From positions 212,831-238,697 of the forward strand of contig CAJNUA010000035.1 of the NCBI GenBank assembly GCA_905330235.1: a DNA stretch of 25,867 nt. Reading direction: 5' to 3'. Below, one piece after another: positions 22,153 through 25,867 of the stretch (its first letter is position 1; the number at the start of each line of letters is the position of its first letter). Both the position numbers and the translations under genes were made by a program. The notes under the pieces were generated by a model, which worked only from the letters and a program-made list of their open reading frames with translations, did not search any database and was not told where the DNA came from. The stretch comes from Rotaria sp. (lineage: Eukaryota).

Positions 22153-23026
22153 CTGATCCGAAAGCAACTATATTGAAAATTGTATTTCCATCGTTAACTT
22201 TTAAATTCATAAGAAATAAATGAGCTAATTGTTTAGCTTGTTGTACATGACTGCCATCCATCGAATTGGATGCATCGATAATAAAAATAATTTCAACTCG
22301 TTCGCTCGAATTCGTTAACGTTTCAAATCGCGGATAAAAAGTAAGCATGCATACTTGAGAATTATGATTGTTCGATGTTGTTATTTCGTCGTCATCATCC
22401 AATGACAATGTTTCATTTGATATTCGAGGTAAATTAGCACTTTTGAGTGTGATTGAAAGAATAAAATCTCGATCAAGTAAGATATTATCGACAAGTTCGA
22501 CCATGGCAATACAATCAGTTAATTTTCGACGAAGACGATGTGTCGGCGAAAATAGTTTGGTTATTTCGTAAGGCATTCGAATTGATGCTTTGAAACTGAA
22601 TTCAACTTTTTCATCAACAATACCAATAGATCTTACAATCGATTGATCTTTAGTTTCAACTGCTTGTTTCGATTGCCATGAAGCCATTTTAGCTGGAAGA
22701 CGAAAGATGATATCTCCATTTTCGATTTCTAATTCAGCAACATAGGTTATTTTGATGATGACTTCATTGTTCGCTGGTAAATTACCAACAGCTACGCTAA
22801 ATACTTGAGCTTGTTCTTTGTGCATCAAATAGGCACCATGACTCTTTTCGATTGCTTCTCGATATTCTTGTTTGGCTTGTTCTTTTTCTTTGACGACACC
22901 TGTAATAACTTTATTGTTGATATGTGCTTCGAAACCGCACACGGTCGAATTTTCATCAAGAGGAAATACATATTTGGCTTCGATGGGTGTCGAACTCGTA
23001 TTGTGATAGACTTGATACAGAACAAC
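22153..23026 (-). CDS. VWA5A: VWA5A-like gene, exon B: VIT domain (…EAKYVFPLDENSTVCGFEAHINNKVITGVVKEK…), acidic linker (LSLDDDDEITTSNN), and the first half of vWFA with the MIDAS motif DASNSMDGS
   Basis: The acceptor …ttcaacaaaaaaaag|GTT follows a poly-A run with a pyrimidine tract just upstream. Donor TCAG|gtaataag. Frame matches ORF 22094..22942. Aligns with VWA5A FFVFPMDEDSAVYSFEALVDGKKIVAELQDKMKA…FIIDRSGSM. Confidence 0.9.
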
Positions 23027-23094
23027 CTTTTTTTTGTTGAAAAAAGAAACATGATGAATTAATATTATTTCAGTAGAACAATAGACATGATTAC

Positions 23095-23234
23095 TTCAAC
23101 TGTAGCGTCAACAATTTGAGCACGAATATGAAATGATTTAAGTGGTACACGTTTTCCCGACGATGGACATACTAAACCATAGTCTTGTTCGGCTACGTCA
23201 ATAACTTCATCGTCAATTGTCAACGGAACTTCGA
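23095..23234 (-). CDS. VWA5A: VWA5A-like gene, exon A, start of the VIT domain (VEVPLTIDDEVIDVAEQDYGLVCPSSGKRVPLKSFHIRAQIVDATVE)
   Basis: Acceptor cttattttccag|TC and donor GAA|gtaatc. Aligns with VWA5A CGLLTLHREPLPLKSISVSVNIYEFVAG. Confidence 0.8.
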
Positions 23235-23293
23235 CTGGAAAATAAGAGGTAATCTAATCAAAATTTATTCTAATAACAAATACTCATTATTAC

Positions 23294-23444
23294 CATGTTC
23301 GCTCAATTTTAATGCATTTTGCTTATGATGAACAATTGGTAATCGTTCTAATTCGATATTAAGCGTATCATGTGGTACCCATGAAACTTCCAAAATATAC
23401 AGTAAACGTTGTTGATTGAGTTGATAGATTGCATATTCATTATC
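23294..23444 (-). CDS. VWA5A: VWA5A-like gene, N-terminal extension exon (DNEYAIYQLNQQRLLYILEVSWVPHDTLNIELERLPIVHHKQNALKLSEH)
   Basis: Acceptor tatcgaaatag|GAT and donor CATG|gtaata. The phase-1 end matches exon A. There is no in-frame ATG, so a further upstream exon is needed. Confidence 0.55.
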
Positions 23445-23719
23445 CTATTTCGATAAAAATCAGATTAGCAATTGCACGATTAGGCATGTTGCAAGATCGA
23501 AATCGACATAAGAGTCTCGGGCCTAGTTTTGTATCTAATATTGAATCTTGATTTTTATTTCTAGTGTCTTTATTCTAGTGTTTCACATCTATATTAACAG
23601 AGACTCGACTGAGACACAAAACTCGAGCCGCTCCGTCTTCGAACATGTTTATGTTCAAGTCTAGGACATATAAGTTGGATGATTTCGAATTTTTTCGTTA
23701 AAACGAAATTAAGCATCAC

Positions 23720-23779
23720 TCGAACATAGATCAAAGATTGCTTTTCGGCAACGGATGGCGTGCTCTTGATATAATACAT
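23720..23779 (-). CDS. VWA5A: Candidate first coding exon of the VWA5A-like gene (MYYIKSTPSVAEKQSLIYVR)
   Basis: ATG at 23779 in ORF 23594..23779. The only phase-0 donor is the weak CGA|gtgatg. Speculative. Confidence 0.2.
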
Positions 23780-25639
23780 GACTATACTTTATGTAAAAGA
23801 ATATGTACTGATCAAATTTTGTTTTACTTTCCACTTCAAGACGATGCTTTGATCAAGTCAGCTGTACAGCTGTAGCTCAGTTTTATAATTTATTCTGCCT
23901 GTAAGAGAAATCCTTTTGTTGTAGAAATGCTCAGCGACACTAAATAACGGAAAAGTTTTGTATAACACTCCACATAAGATCTTTTCTGCAAAATAGTCGG
24001 TATAAAATCGATTTAAAACTTAGAAAGTTTTTCAAAGATTCTTTTAATTGGCATTAGTTTAGATTAAAAACACTGACTTCTGTTCAGATTTCAGCAGTTG
24101 TTTTAATGATACATGTTAAAATTGAAATTTTTAATAATATTTTTCTTTGTAAGTACATTAAAAAAAATGAATGTAAAGTGTCATATATGTTTTTAAAAAC
24201 GCCTCATATGAGAGTTCAGCCTATCCCGATATGGATAACTTCAACGGATTTGTTTTAACAGGGAAATCCGAAAAATAAAAACGAATACATATTACTTTTG
24301 TTTCATTATGACAATGAGTCTAAATACAAAAGGCTTTGTTCATAATCTATTCACATTGTTATAAAACGCAAATAAAATAACCTACCGCATACACTCATGT
24401 CATTTATATCATGACAGAAGTTATCAGTTTCTCTTTTACCTAAATGTGCTAGATCAAGAATGCACTAGTTTCTGGAATTATACGCCAATAGTAAGACACA
24501 CAAGATAAGAATAACCATGACAAATATGTTAATTATGACGTTAAATTTTAAGCATTGATAAATTCCTACGCTAAAGCTTTCAGGATCATTAGGATGTTCT
24601 TCCTTTCTCATTATAGTATATCGCGATCTCTAATTCCAAGAAAAAGAGAATATGATTAACCAACATATTGGAGATTAACATTATTTAACTGTTAATTTCT
24701 TCGTGAAACTTATTACTAATGAATAGAGCACGATCGAAGATGAGAATCGTTGATAGTGTAATTTATCAAATCCGAATTGATTCTTATTCTAGACATTAGT
24801 AAACTGCAGAATCAACTTTGATAAACAGAAAAATGAAATATTTTCACACATTAAAAACCTACATTTCAATTGAGTGAAATGTTTTCTTCATGCAAAATGT
24901 ATTTTGTAATGCATTAAAATTGTCCGTGGTGTACCTGTCGAGGATGCATTATCAAGAACTTGATTCTAACAAAGCTCTCTATATTATATAAAGAAAAATT
25001 AAACGACTTGTACGAAGATCAGAGATAATCTCATATTTCTTGTCTCAATGTAATCAGGTTTAGAAAATGATCGCCACATAATATGCTATTGTTATATTTA
25101 CACGCATATAAGAAAAAGTAGTCAAAGTGCAATAATGTCATTGTCATTGAATCGAAATTGGTGCTATACTATGATTAAATATAGTCATAAAAAAATTCCG
25201 TAGATATATGAGACGACTGAAATACAAGCAACAGTGTTAATTAATAGAATAAAGATGTGCTTGAAACGAAACTTTTCTATTTGATGAGGAGACGTGGTCT
25301 GGCCATTTTTGAAGGGAAAACTTGTGAGCTTACTTCGGGCGCTTCTAATAGAGATCTCTGGGAAAATGTTTGCTTTAAAAACTATACAGAGCATGTCTGA
25401 TACGATTGAATATCACTTAGTAGAAAATGAAATTGATTTGAATTCTTTTTTTCTAAAGGTCAATCTGGTCAGCATCAATTTTTCTTATTTGCCTTCTTAT
25501 AAGTGTTAAAAATGCAAGTATTTCAATTCATCGAGTTTTCATCAAGTCAATAAGGTTAGAATGATTAGCGAAATGAAATCTATTGAGAAGAACAATTTGT
25601 TTAATTGAGAAAAATCAGGTCATGATAATGCTGCAATGT

Positions 25640-25867
25640 TGCATTAATATCTGTTCATGTGCAGCCTGCCGGGAGTGTCTATGACACTCACAGGAGTCCA
25701 TCACTGCTTTGCAATGGTGGGAGGCGTCCCTGGGCTGCCGGTAGCCATCTGTCGTGCTTTTGGGTTAGCCACCTGTCTGTAGGACTTTAAATCTTTCTGG
25801 CTAATGAAAAGGATCATAATCTGTGCAATGCACGTAAAACTATGTTCCTCGGTGGGTGGAATGTTCG
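25640..25867. other. GC-rich segment contrasting with the AT-rich background (possible repeat or SINE fragment, or a CpG-type 5' region of a gene beyond the window)
   Basis: gcagcctgccgggagtgtctatgac…ggtgggaggcgtccctgggctgccggtagccatctgtcg. Composition shifts abruptly; the final ~70 nt (from about 25800) revert to AT-rich. No ORF and no recognised family. Confidence 0.3.

Noticed and set aside
1-25867. Prokaryotic feature classes: CRISPR arrays, operons, sigma-70 promoters, rho-independent terminators, IS elements
   Set aside because: The sequence has spliceosomal introns with GT-AG boundaries, homologues of metazoan proteins (VWA5A, cytosolic Hsp70) and AT-rich intergenic DNA. It is eukaryotic nuclear DNA, and none of these classes apply.

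Overview
This is AT-rich (roughly one-third GC) eukaryotic genomic DNA with short GT-AG introns of 53-68 nt, most likely from a helminth or similar invertebrate. There are no prokaryotic features: no CRISPR, no operons, no rRNA. Every coding signal I could support lies on the minus strand. Reading 5'->3' on that strand, from high to low coordinates, the window contains the following. (1) A multi-exon VWA5A-like gene (VIT domain, an acidic insert, a vWFA domain with a DxSxS MIDAS motif, and a middle region) spanning about 23779 down to 20311. (2) Three paralogous, phase-symmetric acidic exons (123, 129 and 132 nt) ending at 18485, 15157 and 11927. Two of them sit inside tandemly duplicated units of 2.4-3.2 kb. 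(3) Three exons encoding a Q/P/S/T-rich low-complexity peptide at 7632-6808. (4) A six-exon, highly degenerate Hsp70-family gene at 4358-3051. It keeps a well-conserved substrate-binding beta-domain, but its nucleotide-binding domain is replaced by a poly-proline and Arg/Ser-rich N-terminus. (5) At 2810-2112, exons encoding a polypeptide homologous to the C-terminal domain of VWA5A. The N-terminal VIT/vWFA portion and the C-terminal portion of a VWA5A-type protein are therefore encoded about 17.5 kb apart. The acidic and Q/P-rich exons lie between them and the Hsp70-like gene separates the Q/P-rich exons from the C-terminal exons; every one of these exons is phase-1 compatible with its neighbours. 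The main hypotheses are one giant gene with a nested Hsp70 remnant, or a gene fission. All exon boundaries were derived by hand from splice motifs, reading frame and remembered family alignments. They need confirmation by RNA-seq and homology search.
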